64,000 nucleotides of DNA from Dehalococcoidia bacterium (GTDB lineage: Bacteria; Chloroflexota; Dehalococcoidia; Bin125), in assembly GCA_963662615.2 (NCBI GenBank), contig CAXXSR010000001.1, positions 224,001-288,000 of the forward strand. Direction: 5' to 3'. A program made the translations under genes and the position numbers. The notes beneath the pieces were generated by a model. The model was not told where the DNA came from. It made no database searches and was given only the letters and a program-made list of their open reading frames with translations. Shown here in pieces: positions 9,765-19,956 of the stretch. The first letter of the stretch is position 1. Each line of letters begins with the position of its first letter.

Positions 9765-10670
9765 TCAGCCGCTCGCGCTGCCTCCGTCCGACCCGGCGCC
9801 TCCGTCCAACCCGGCGCCGCTATCCGTCCCGACGCCGAGGCCGCCCAGCCGGTCGGCCATGGAGCGGGCCACGTTCGCCAGCTCCATGGGGATCACCCAC
9901 TTGGTGCTTGCGCTCTCTCCCAGCGACCGCATCATGTCGAGGTACTGCAGGCCCATGGTGTTCGCGGCCGCGCCCTGCGCTTCGGCGTTGATCTTCTGCA
10001 GCGCCAGCGCGAACCCCTCCGCCTCCAAGATCTGCGCCTCCCGGCGGCCCTGCGCCGCCAGGATCCGCGCCTCCCGTTGGCCCTCCGCCTCCAGGATGGC
10101 CGCGCGCTTGTCCCCTTGCGCCACGTTGATCGCCGCGTCCCGTATCCCCTCCGACTCCGTAATCTGCGCCCGCCGCGTCCGCTCCGCCGACATCTGCCGC
10201 GTCATCGCTTCCTGGATGCGGGGCGGCGGAAGGATCTCCCGGATCTCCACCGCCGTCACCTTCACTCCCCAGCGGTCGGTCACTTCGTCCAGCTTTGTCT
10301 GCAAGATGCTATTGATGTACTCGCGCCGCGACAGCACATCGTCCAGCGAGAGGTCGCCGATCACCGCCCGCAGCGTGGTCGTCGCCAGCTGCCGTACCGC
10401 GAAGCGATAATCCGTCACCTCCAGCACCACCCGCTCCGCTACCGGCTCCATCACCCGCATGTAGACCACGAAGTCCACATCCACGTTCGCATTGTCTTTG
10501 GTGATGTTCTGCTGCGGGGGGACGTCAAACGGCTCTTCCCGCAGGTCCACCTTCTTCGCCTGGTGGATGATTGGGATGACGATCACGATCCCCGGCCCCA
10601 TCATCCCTAGATACTTACCGAACTTGAACTTCGCCAGACGCTCGTATTCCTTGACAATTCGCAGGACCAC
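9765..10670 (-). CDS. SPFH/band 7 (stomatin, QmcA-like) protein
   Basis: ITKDNANVDVD, TTLRAVIG, DRWGVKVTAVEI, QMSAER motifs; AAGGAGG RBS before GTG. Confidence 0.92.
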   Translation of the reverse strand: MVLRIVKEYERLAKFKFGKYLGMMGPGIVIVIPIIHQAKKVDLREEPFDVPPQQNITKDNANVDVDFVVYMRVMEPVAERVVLEVTDYRFAVRQLATTTLRAVIGDLSLDDVLSRREYINSILQTKLDEVTDRWGVKVTAVEIREILPPPRIQEAMTRQMSAERTRRAQITESEGIRDAAINVAQGDKRAAILEAEGQREARILAAQGRREAQILEAEGFALALQKINAEAQGAAANTMGLQYLDMMRSLGESASTKWVIPMELANVARSMADRLGGLGVGTDSGAGLDGGAGSDGGSASG

Positions 10671-10816
10671 AGGAGCCCTCCTTCTCGATCCGCCGCGCCT
10701 CTCTGGGCGCGTGTCGCAGTGAGTGTACCCGTGCCCGTCAACCGGCGCCCCTCCTGATGCATCGCCGGCGCTTCTCTACAATGAAGCCGGTCTGACGGGA
10801 GCGCGCTCCACCCCCC

Positions 10817-11707
10817 ATGTCCAACGGTCCGCTCCGACGCCGTCCCTCTCGCATTCCCTTCCGCCGCCGGCGCGGCTGGGCCTGGGTGCGCCTGCTCCGC
10901 CCCGTCGCGACGCTCACCGGGACCGCCACCGCCGTCGCCTTCGCCTTTATCCTCGAGGACGGCACACCCACCTGGCACGAGGCGCTGCGCGTGGGCGTGG
11001 TCATGGCGGCGGTGCTCGGCTCCGCCGCCACTCTGAACGACATCCTCGATCTCGACCACGACCGTGACGCGCACATTTGGCGCCCCCTCCCCGCTGGACT
11101 GGTACGGTCAGAGCAGGCATGGCGCCTCGCGCTCGTGCTCGCCGTCGTTTCCGTGGCCGCCAGCGCGACGCTGGGCTGGCGCTCCTTCCTGCTCACGACC
11201 GCCGGCCTCAGCCTGGCCTACGTGTACAGCGCCCGCCTCAAAGCCACCCCCCTCTCCTGGCTGCCGCTGGCCCTGGCCTTCGCGATCGTCCCCGTCTGGG
11301 TGGCGGACTCCGTGGACCGCTTCGACGACGTGCTCTGGTGGTCGTTGCCCGTGGGCCTCGCAGGCGGCATCGCCATGCACCTCGCCCTGAAGCTCCCGGA
11401 CTACGAACGCGATGACGAGGAGAGGAGTCGCAACGTCCTCCACTGGTTTACCATTGACTACGCGTTGCCGGTTACCTGGGGCGCCGTGGGCGTCTACATC
11501 GTGGTCGCGGTCGCCTCGGCGAACATCGAGAATCTGCGCGTGGAGTGGCTGGCGCCGCCCGTCGCCATCGCCCTCTCTCTCACGCTCGCCATGATGGTGG
11601 CGCTCTCCTTTCGCGTCACGGAGCGGCGCTTGCTCGTGCAACGATGGCTCGTGGGCGGCGCGGTGGTCGCCCTCTCCTTTGGCTGGCTCGGCTCAATCAT
11701 CCCTTGA
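10817..11707 (+). CDS. UbiA-family prenyltransferase
   Basis: NDILDLDHDR...RPLPAG and PDYERD aspartate motifs; multiple TM segments. Confidence 0.85.
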   Translation: MSNGPLRRRPSRIPFRRRRGWAWVRLLRPVATLTGTATAVAFAFILEDGTPTWHEALRVGVVMAAVLGSAATLNDILDLDHDRDAHIWRPLPAGLVRSEQAWRLALVLAVVSVAASATLGWRSFLLTTAGLSLAYVYSARLKATPLSWLPLALAFAIVPVWVADSVDRFDDVLWWSLPVGLAGGIAMHLALKLPDYERDDEERSRNVLHWFTIDYALPVTWGAVGVYIVVAVASANIENLRVEWLAPPVAIALSLTLAMMVALSFRVTERRLLVQRWLVGGAVVALSFGWLGSIIP

Positions 11708-11821
11708 CTTGGAGCACGGCTTAATTGCGCTGAGTGCCCCTCGCTCGCGACGCGCACCGCTGAAAGATCGGCCGGCTTGGCTCGATCACCCCCCGACCGC
11801 CTATGTAATTGTTCTTAACAG

Positions 11822-12310
11822 TCACCGTAGCCGCAGGCCAAGCATACGGAGCACCTGATACAGGTTTTCGCGAGGTATGCCGAAGTGATCGCATACGTTT
11901 GGGATCTTCACCCTTTTCGCTCCGATTCCCTTCTTTACCTCAAAGGTTACGACTTGGCCCCCGTGTGTCAGCGCGTGCGATATCAGCCATGGATCTGCGC
12001 CCCTCAGAAACAGCGCCGCTTCAGGGGCCGCATAGCTGCTGTTCACATGGTCCGCAACTCGCTGAAACGATCTCTGAACGGATTCGTCAGGCGTTACAAA
12101 AAGGCCAATGTCTTTTCTCTGCTTCGCCCACTGAGCGAGTTCGTCATCCGCTTCCGTGACAAGCTCGTCATACACGAGCGTAGACGTTGCGATGATGCCT
12201 TCCGTCGCCTTTTGTTCAATGAAAGCCCAGAAACCAGGAGCAATGTCGAAGCCATACGAACCATTCTTTGAGCTGATGAAGATGTCCGCGTCGAGCCAGT
12301 AGTCAACCAT
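11822..12310 (-). CDS. DUF4411 family protein (PIN-like fold)
   Basis: YWLDADIFI, YGFDIAPGFW, ADPWLISHA, VVTFE, KIPNVCDHFG; start overlaps the upstream gene's stop by 8 nt; low GC. Confidence 0.85.
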   Translation of the reverse strand: MVDYWLDADIFISSKNGSYGFDIAPGFWAFIEQKATEGIIATSTLVYDELVTEADDELAQWAKQRKDIGLFVTPDESVQRSFQRVADHVNSSYAAPEAALFLRGADPWLISHALTHGGQVVTFEVKKGIGAKRVKIPNVCDHFGIPRENLYQVLRMLGLRLR

Positions 12311-13484
12311 GAGACGCGCCCCCGAAGAGGCGTTCCGCAATGCCGCTCAACGTGCCGGAGCTCACGTTCAGCAGGTGGGCAGCATCCCTGTGAAGGACGC
12401 TCCCCTCGGCCACTGCGCTCATCAGAGCTTGCGTCAATGTGCTGCTATTCCGGGCAAATAGCGTGGCGTAGAAATCGCCTCCACCCCCACCACTGGCCTT
12501 CCCGCGTTGCCATCGTTCCTGCAGCCGGTTGTAGTAATCCCAAAACGTAGATCTGCGAATCTTGTCAAGGTCATAGGCGCGGCGCAGCACCACCATGGAG
12601 CTCACCCGGTATCTGGCTGCCACAGATTGCACGTTTGTGTCAACGGGTGCGCCATCGTTCCATTGTTCCAAGAACTGACGGGCAGGCAGCAGCGTTTCCG
12701 CAGCGGCGCCGTTACAAACTCGTTCAGTGATGTTGTTCTGCTCAGCGGCGGTGCGGCGGTAGTCAGGGTTGGAAACCCCGCTGCTTCCAATCCAAAGGTG
12801 AGCTAACTCGTGCGCCAGAGTGAAGATCTGAGCCGCCTTGGCGTCCTGCCCATTTATGAAGACAAGTGGCGCAAGATCGTCACTTACCGAGAAGCCGCGG
12901 AATTCCTCTACGTTCAGCTTCCGGTGGGTATTGTTTTCAACTACGCCACTTCGGAGTACGAGTACCCCTCGCTCCTCGGCGCGCCGAATGACCAGGCGCA
13001 GGAAATCCTCCCAGCCCCTAGCCGCCTCGCGCAGGTCATCGTTGATCCCTAAGGTCTTACGGACATCGCTGGCAATCGTTTCGGGATCGTCCTGGAGCGA
13101 GTATCTGCCAATGAACGGTATGGGATCGGCTTCTTCAACCTCGAGATACTCGTGGTACCACTGCTGTTTCCTCAAGACGTCATTCAAAAGATCAGTCAGA
13201 TCGGAGCTTGGCGTTCCCGGCGGTTCGTCGGCAACCGTTCGCAGGTCAGGCAGGGGGAGCGCTTCGGAGGGGCGTGCGGAGAGGAAGAAGTAACCAAACG
13301 GGATGTTGAGTTTCTGCGCTAGATTCTTCGCCTGAACAAATGTGGGGCGTTTGGCGCCGTTCTCCCACGCTGCAAGCCTCTCCGGCTTAACCTTGACTCG
13401 TTCTGCAGCAGCTTCGGTCGTCAGGTGCTCCCGCTCAAGAGCCCAGCGCAAGATATCTCGGTTGATGAAAGCTTCCGTCGTCAT
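12303..13484 (-). CDS. XRE-HTH plus ImmA/IrrE family zinc metallo-endopeptidase
   Basis: N-terminal HTH (WENGAKRPT); FRGF, IFINGQD, QIFTLAHELAHLWIG (HEXXH), ERVCNGAAAE; low GC. Confidence 0.9.
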   Translation of the reverse strand: MTTEAFINRDILRWALEREHLTTEAAAERVKVKPERLAAWENGAKRPTFVQAKNLAQKLNIPFGYFFLSARPSEALPLPDLRTVADEPPGTPSSDLTDLLNDVLRKQQWYHEYLEVEEADPIPFIGRYSLQDDPETIASDVRKTLGINDDLREAARGWEDFLRLVIRRAEERGVLVLRSGVVENNTHRKLNVEEFRGFSVSDDLAPLVFINGQDAKAAQIFTLAHELAHLWIGSSGVSNPDYRRTAAEQNNITERVCNGAAAETLLPARQFLEQWNDGAPVDTNVQSVAARYRVSSMVVLRRAYDLDKIRRSTFWDYYNRLQERWQRGKASGGGGGDFYATLFARNSSTLTQALMSAVAEGSVLHRDAAHLLNVSSGTLSGIAERLFGGASHG

Positions 13485-13654
13485 GATCGGACGGTTCTCC
13501 GCTTAGCAACGCGCACAGGCGCGTTTTGTCTCCTCAGTTGTCGCGACCAGCTGCACCGAGACGGCGGTAGGCCCATGCTCCTCCGCCGCGGCCAGCGTGC
13601 ATCCGGCACTGGTCCGTACCCCTTTGGCGCCCATGACTTCTGGCCAAACGGTTT

Positions 13655-14662
13655 CTAGAAGTAGTGCAGCTTCAGCGCGCTCCGCACTTCCGCCATCGTC
13701 TCTTCGGCCACAGCCTTGGAGTATTCGCTGCCTCTCCGCAGCGCCTCCTTCACCAACTCTGGGCGCGCCTCGTAATACTGGCGCTTCTCGCGGATCGGAT
13801 CGAGGAACGCGTTGAGAGCTTGCGACAACTTCTGTTTCACCTCCACGTCGCCCACCCGGCCGGCGCGGTAGCGCTCTTTCAGATCGTTCACCTCGTCTAC
13901 GTCCGGGTTGAACGCGTCGTGGTACATGAACACCGGATTCCCCTCCACGTGCCCGGGATCGGTCACGTGGATCCGAGTCGGATCGGTGAACATGCCCCGT
14001 ACTTTTTCGTTCACCGTTTGCGCGTCATCGCCCAGACAGATCGCGTTGTCCAGCGACTTGCTCATTTTCGCGCTGCCATCCGTGCCCACCAACCTGGCGA
14101 CTCGCCCCACGAGCCCTTCAGGCACCGGGAAGATGTCCGCGAACAGCCGGTTGAACCGTCGTGCCACCTCCCGCGTCATCTCAATGTGCGGCATCTGGTC
14201 TTCGCCCACCGGCACCAGGTGCGCCTTGGGCATGAGGATGTTGGCCACCTGCAAGATCGGGTAGGTGAAGAACGCCACGGGGATTGAGTCCGAACCCAAC
14301 TCCTCCATCTCCGCCTTTAACGTGGGGTTTCGCTGCAGCCGCCCCAGCGGCACCCACCAACTGAGCCACATCGCCAGCTCCGCGTGCTCCGGGATGAACG
14401 ACTCAACGGTGAAGTGGCTCTTTTCGGGGTCGAGCCCCACCGCCAGCCAGTCCAGCGCCACTTCAAATACCGACTCCCGCACCACGTCAAGGTCGTCCGC
14501 CTTGTCCGAGACCTGGTAATCCGCGATCAGGAAGAAGCACTCGTAGTCGTTCTGCAGCCGCACCCAGTTCTCCAGCGCTCCGCCGTAATGGCCCAGGTGC
14601 AGCGCTCCGGTGGGCCGTATGCCCGTCAAGATGCGCTTGCGGTCGCCGCCGTCCGCCATCAC
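13655..14662 (-). CDS. trpS: Tryptophan--tRNA ligase
   Basis: [25 protein letters not shown]. Confidence 0.95.
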   Translation of the reverse strand: MMADGGDRKRILTGIRPTGALHLGHYGGALENWVRLQNDYECFFLIADYQVSDKADDLDVVRESVFEVALDWLAVGLDPEKSHFTVESFIPEHAELAMWLSWWVPLGRLQRNPTLKAEMEELGSDSIPVAFFTYPILQVANILMPKAHLVPVGEDQMPHIEMTREVARRFNRLFADIFPVPEGLVGRVARLVGTDGSAKMSKSLDNAICLGDDAQTVNEKVRGMFTDPTRIHVTDPGHVEGNPVFMYHDAFNPDVDEVNDLKERYRAGRVGDVEVKQKLSQALNAFLDPIREKRQYYEARPELVKEALRRGSEYSKAVAEETMAEVRSALKLHYF

Positions 14663-16362
14663 ATGTGCTCCGGCGCCGCGACACCGATCAGGCCCAGCGT
14701 GCGGGCCAGCACCGTCTTCGCGGCGACGGTGAGCTTGAGCCGGGCGCGGGAGAGTTCGGGCTGGTCCGGCTGCACGACCCGGCAGGCGCCGTAGAACTGG
14801 GTGAACTGTTGGGCCAATTCCAGCGCGTACGTCGTGAGATGATGTGGTTCCAACTTCTCCGTAATCAACTCAACGAGCTCCGGGAGCCGCAGCATCTCGT
14901 CGATCAAGGCCGTCTCGGTGGGATGGCGAAGCGCCTGGACGTCGCCGCCGGCCTCGAGACCGGCTTCCGCCGCCGTGCGGAGAATGCTGGCGCAGCGGGC
15001 GTGCGCGTACTGCACGTAGGAGGCCGGATTCTGCTTCGGGTCCTGGCTCATTGCCAGCTCCAGGTCGAAGTCCATCTGGGCGTCGGCCGAGCGTTGCAGC
15101 AGGAAGAAGCGCGTCACGTCCCTGCCCACCTCTTGCACCAGTTCGCGCAGCGTCACGATCTCGCCGGTCCGCTTCGACATTCGCACCCGTTCGCGTCCGC
15201 GACGGAGGTGTACGAGCTGATAGAGCACCACGTCCGGGCCGCCCGCCGGCCCGCCCACGGCCTCCGTCGCCACTTTCGTCCGCACCACGTGCCCCTGGTG
15301 GTCGGCGCCCCAAACGTCGATGACGCGGTCGAAGCCGCGCCGCACGAACTTGTCGAAGTGATAGGCGACGTCCGAGGCGAAGTAGGTCGGCTCGCCGGTC
15401 CGGCGGATCAGCACGTTGTCCTTGTCTTCACCGAGCTTGCGCGAGGCGAACCAGACCGCTCCTTCGTGCTCCTCCACGAAGCCGCCCGCCCGCAGCCGCT
15501 CCATGGCCGCGTCGTAGGCGGAGGCCCCAGCGGGCCGCTCCGCAGGCTCGTACAGCGATCGCTCACGGAACCAGCGGTCGAACTCCACCCCCAGCCGCGC
15601 CAGATCGTCCTGGACCTGCTCCAGCATGAGGTCGACGCCGCGCTTGCCCAACGCTGACGCAAGCGCCGCGGACGTCGCTTCACCCTGCGGCGCCAGGAAC
15701 GCCTCCCCGTCCTCCTCCTTGATCCGCGCGGCCAGCGGCACGAGATAGCTGCCCTGGTAGCCGTCGGCGGGGACAGGCACGTCGCGACCGAACTGCTGTT
15801 GGTAGCGCGCGTGGAGCGACTCGGCGAACGTCCGTACCTGTCCGCCCGCATCGTTGACGTAGTACTCTCGCTGGACCGCGTAGCCGGCGGCGGCAAGAAC
15901 GCTCGCCAGCACATCGCCGAGGACCGCGCCCCGCGCGTTGCCCACCTGCAACGGCCCCGTGGGATTCGCCGAGACGAACTCGACTTGGAGCGTCCGCCCC
16001 TCGCCGGCGTGGATGTTGCCCCAGCGCTCGCCGGTGGCCAGGATCGCATCCACCTGCGCGCGTTTCCAGGCATCCGCGAGCCGCACGTTGATGAAGCCGG
16101 GCGGCGCGACTTCCAGGGCGGCGATCATGTCGCCCGTCGCCACCCGACTGGCGATCGTTTCCGCCAGCTCCAACGGTTTGCGCTTCACCGTACCCGCGAG
16201 CCGCAGGGCGACGCTGCTCGCGTAGTCGCCGTGCTCGGGGTTCTGCGGCCGCTCGATGGCGATCTCGACCGCAGGGAGGCGCGGCAGCGTCCCGTCATCC
16301 TGCGCAGCCTGGAGCGCCGCTTCCAGGGCGTTGCGGACATCGTCGCGGGCGAGACCGCTCAT
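14659..16362 (-). CDS. argS: Arginine--tRNA ligase
   Basis: [52 protein letters not shown]. Confidence 0.96.
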   Translation of the reverse strand: MSGLARDDVRNALEAALQAAQDDGTLPRLPAVEIAIERPQNPEHGDYASSVALRLAGTVKRKPLELAETIASRVATGDMIAALEVAPPGFINVRLADAWKRAQVDAILATGERWGNIHAGEGRTLQVEFVSANPTGPLQVGNARGAVLGDVLASVLAAAGYAVQREYYVNDAGGQVRTFAESLHARYQQQFGRDVPVPADGYQGSYLVPLAARIKEEDGEAFLAPQGEATSAALASALGKRGVDLMLEQVQDDLARLGVEFDRWFRERSLYEPAERPAGASAYDAAMERLRAGGFVEEHEGAVWFASRKLGEDKDNVLIRRTGEPTYFASDVAYHFDKFVRRGFDRVIDVWGADHQGHVVRTKVATEAVGGPAGGPDVVLYQLVHLRRGRERVRMSKRTGEIVTLRELVQEVGRDVTRFFLLQRSADAQMDFDLELAMSQDPKQNPASYVQYAHARCASILRTAAEAGLEAGGDVQALRHPTETALIDEMLRLPELVELITEKLEPHHLTTYALELAQQFTQFYGACRVVQPDQPELSRARLKLTVAAKTVLARTLGLIGVAAPEHM

Positions 16363-16378
16363 CTTGTGCTTTGCGCCT

Positions 16379-16420
16379 CACATCCCTTGCGCCACATCTC
16401 GTGCACCACATCTCTTGCAC
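16379..16420. repeat. 3 x 14-bp degenerate tandem repeat in the argS leader
   Basis: CACATCCCTTGCGC / CACATCTCGTGCAC / CACATCTCTTGCAC. Confidence 0.85.
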
Positions 16421-16526
16421 CGATGTGACGGGCCGGAAGGAAAAAGCCATCGTAGCCGCGCCGACGGTTGTGCGACAGGCGGGCGCGGGCGCCGGAGTGC
16501 CGTAGGGGCCGCTGACCGGCGTCGAT

Positions 16527-19054
16527 CTAATGAATGGCGCCGGCTCCGTCGACGGGGAGTTGACGAGCGAGGCGCGCCAGCGGTTGATGCTCGGGCGCGC
16601 GGAGGTTGGGGTCACGGTCCAGCATGCGCTCGGCGAAGTTGCGCGCCTTCAGCAGCAGGTCGTGGTCGGTGAGTTTGGCCACGCGGAGATCGGGGAGCCC
16701 CGATTGCCGCGTCCCGAAGTATTCGCCCGGCCCCCGCAGCCGCAAGTCCGCCTCCGCGAGCTCGAAGCCGTCGGTCAGGCTCTCCATGAGCGCGAGCCGG
16801 TCTCGCGTGACCGGACTCTCGCTGTCGGAGAGGAGAAAGCAATAGGATTGATGCCCGCTCCGGCCCACACGGCCGCGAAATTGGTGCAGTTGCGCCAGCC
16901 CAAAGCGGTCCGCTCCCTCAATGACGATCACGGTGGCGTTGGGCACGTCCACGCCCACTTCAATCACGGCGGTGGACATGAGGATCGCGGTGCGCCCCTG
17001 CCGGAACTCCTCCATCGCTGTGTCTTTCTCGGCGGCCGGCATGCGACCATGCAAGAGGCGGATGCGCTGGGAGAGGTCGGGGAAGACGGCGCTGCGCAGT
17101 CGCTCGAACTCCTGCACGGCGGCCTTCGCCTCCACCATCTCCGACTCTTCCACCAGCGGACAGATGAAGAAGATCTGCCGTCCCTTGCCGATCTCAGCGC
17201 GGACGCGCGCGTAGATCTCGGCGCGCTCGTCGGGCCCCGCGAATCTCGTCTCCACCGGTCGCCGGCCCGGCGGCATCTCATCGAGCCGCGTGGCGTCGAG
17301 GTCGCCGTAGACGGTCAGGGCCAGGGTCCGCGGAATGGGCGTGGCCGTCATCACCAGCAGGTGCGGACTCCCGCCCTTGCCGCGCAGGGAGTCGCGCTGC
17401 AGCACGCCGAAGCGGTGCTGCTCGTCCACCACGGCGAGCCCGAGCCGGGGGAAGGCGACTCGCTCCTCGATCAGCGCATGCGTCCCCACCACAATGTCCA
17501 GTTCGCCCGCTCGGATGGCTTGCTGCACTTCGCGCTTGCGGCTCGCCGTGGCGCTGCCGCTCAGCAGCGCCATGCGGACGGCACGCCCCAGAGCCGGCGC
17601 GACCGTGTAGTGGTGAAACACCGTGTCGCCGCTGACGCCGCCGAAGATGCGATGGAGGGTGCGGTGGTGCTGCTCCGCCAGCACCTCGGTGGGCGCCATC
17701 AGCACGCTCTGGTACCCCGCCGCGACGGCGCCGAGCATGGCCAGGGCCGCGACCACGGTCTTGCCGGAGCCCACGTCGCCTTGGAGGAGGCGGGCCATGG
17801 GCTCGGGACGGCCGAGGTCGGCGCGGATCTCCGTGACGGCGCGCATCTGCGCGCCGGTGAGCTGGAACGGCAGCGCGTCCACGAAGCCTTGCAGGAACTC
17901 TCCTTGGAGGATGACGACCGGCGCGTGGGCGCGGGCGCGCTCCTGACGCTTGCGTCGCAGCACGGCGACTTGAATAGCAAGGAGTTCTTGGAAGGCCAGA
18001 CGCTCGCGGGCGGCATCACGCCGTTCCAGCGAACTGGGGAAGTGCAGCTGGGCGATCGCTTCCTGCTCGGAGAGGTAGCCGGTCTCGCTGAGCACTTCCG
18101 GCGGCAACGACTCGGGGAGCGAGGGCAGGTGGCGGTCGATGGCGGCCCGAGCGAGTTTGCGGACCGTCCGTCCCGGCAAGCCCTGGGTCAGCGGGTACAC
18201 CGGGACGAAGCGCCCCACGTGCGTACCCTCACCGGCGCTGCCCGGGTCGGCCTCCTCGTCATCGCTGAGGCGCTCCCATTCCGGCGAATCGAACTGCGGG
18301 CGGCCGCGATAGGCGCCGACCTTGCCGGCTAGCGCCACCTGTGCGCCCGGCGGCAGCTGCTTGGCCAGATAGGGCTGGTTAAACCAGAGCGCGCGCACGC
18401 GTCCGCTTTCGTCTTCAATCGTGGCTTCGGTGGCGCGCTTGCGCCCGCCCCAAAATGCGACGCGAGAGTTGCGGACGCGCCCCACCACGGTCGCGCTCTC
18501 GCCGACCACGAGCGCCGCGATCGGTTTCACCTCGCTGAAATCCACGTGCCGGTGGGGGAAATACCAGAGCAGGTCCCGGACGTTGCGGACGCCGACGCGC
18601 TCGAGCTTGGCCACGGTCCCCGCGCGGATGCGGGCAAGGGAGCCCACGGGAGCGTCGAGGCCGTCGGCCGCAGTGCGAGCGGGGCGGGTCGGGGCGCGGC
18701 GCGCTCCCTTCCCTGCGGGAAGAGCTGGGCGCGGGGGGCTCGCCGCTGCCGGCCCCGCTGCCCCACTCCGTTGCCGCCCTGGACCGCTGCCGTTCCCGGG
18801 TCCCAACTGCGCCCGCGCCCGGCGGGCCCAGGCGGCTCGCTCCGGCCGGCCGAGGGAGGCGTAGCCGCTGCGTGGGAGCGCCGCCACCGCGGCGTAGAGG
18901 GGGCTGGTCGGGTCCGCCTGGGCCAGCGCGCCGCGTAAATAGGCGTCCAGCCCCCGGCGACCGCCCGGTTGTCGAAGCGTCGCCGCTGCTCCTCGTCGAT
19001 CATCTTGAGCAGGGTCGCAGTCGCCTCGGCGGACGGGCCGGCGGCCGTGCTCAC
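16527..19054 (-). CDS. recG: ATP-dependent DNA helicase RecG, probable 1-nt frameshift at the C5 run 18951-18955
   Basis: LQGDVGSGKT, DEQH, MTATPIPR, QLHQFRGRVGR; N-terminus (LLKMIDEEQRRRFDNRAVAGG-LDAYL) is split over two frames; GTG 19054 overlaps the DegV stop. Confidence 0.93.
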
Positions 19055-19893
19055 GCCGGCGCCTGCAGGACGGCGGCGCCCAATGCGCCCGGCCCCACGT
19101 GCGCTCCAATGACGGGACTGATTTGGACGACCGAGACGGGAACGGCGGCCAGCGTCTCTCGCATCCGCCCGGCAAGCCGTTCGGCGTCGTCCGGGGTCGT
19201 CGTATAGAGCACGGCGATGCGCTCCGCTCGGGGCGTGCTCACCGCCAAGGAGTGCAAGCGGTCGATCGCCTTCTGGCGTGTCCGCGGCCGCTCGATGGCG
19301 TCGATCTCGCCATCGATGAGTTCGAGCACGGGCTTGGTTCGCAACAGCGTGCCCAGGAACGTCCGTGCCCGGCCGATGCGTCCGCCTTTCTGGAGGTGTT
19401 CCAGCGTGTCGACGAAGAGCAGGACGCGCGCCCGCGCGGCGCATTCGCGGGCCGCGGCGACGATGCCCGCCGCATCGCTTCCCGCCGCCGCGGCTTCGGC
19501 CGCGGCCAGCACGGTGTAGCCGAGCCCCAGCGACGCCTGGTTGGAGTCCACCACCTCCACCGGCGGCGACCCGGCGGGAAGCAGCGCCGCCCCCGCCCGT
19601 GCCGCGTTGGTCGTTCCCGACAGTTTGGCACCGACGTGAATCGAAACGATTCCGTCGGCATCGCTCAGGGCCGCGTAGGCTTCCTGAAACGTCCCCGCAG
19701 ACGGTTGTGACGTCCGCGGAAAAACGCTGCTCTGGACGAGGTGCTTGTAGAAATCCGCTTTGCTCAGCGTCGCGCCGTCCTGGAAAGCCTCGTCGCCGAA
19801 GTGGACGAACAACGGCACTACGGTGATCTGGTGGCGGGCCGCCACGTCGGCATCCAGATCAGCCGCGGAGTCGGTGACGATGCGAATAGCCAT
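19051..19893 (-). CDS. DegV/FakB fatty-acid-binding protein
   Basis: IVTDSAADL, TSQPS, LSGT, LQKGGRIG, VIGAHVGPG. Confidence 0.93.
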   Translation of the reverse strand: MAIRIVTDSAADLDADVAARHQITVVPLFVHFGDEAFQDGATLSKADFYKHLVQSSVFPRTSQPSAGTFQEAYAALSDADGIVSIHVGAKLSGTTNAARAGAALLPAGSPPVEVVDSNQASLGLGYTVLAAAEAAAAGSDAAGIVAAARECAARARVLLFVDTLEHLQKGGRIGRARTFLGTLLRTKPVLELIDGEIDAIERPRTRQKAIDRLHSLAVSTPRAERIAVLYTTTPDDAERLAGRMRETLAAVPVSVVQISPVIGAHVGPGALGAAVLQAPA

Positions 19894-19956
19894 AGGCCGG
19901 CTCAGCGACCAGAATTGGGCAGGTGCATAGGCTCCTGACCAGTCGTCGCGGCCAGA

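Noticed and set aside
11708-13654. Integrated mobile element around the IrrE-DUF4411 pair
   Set aside because: No integrase, transposase, terminal inverted repeats or att-like direct repeats visible
16530-18332. Long antisense ORFs (also 2552-3829, 35913-37724, 39083-40642, 49922-51712)
   Set aside because: Shadow frames opposite well-supported genes, expected at high GC, with no motifs
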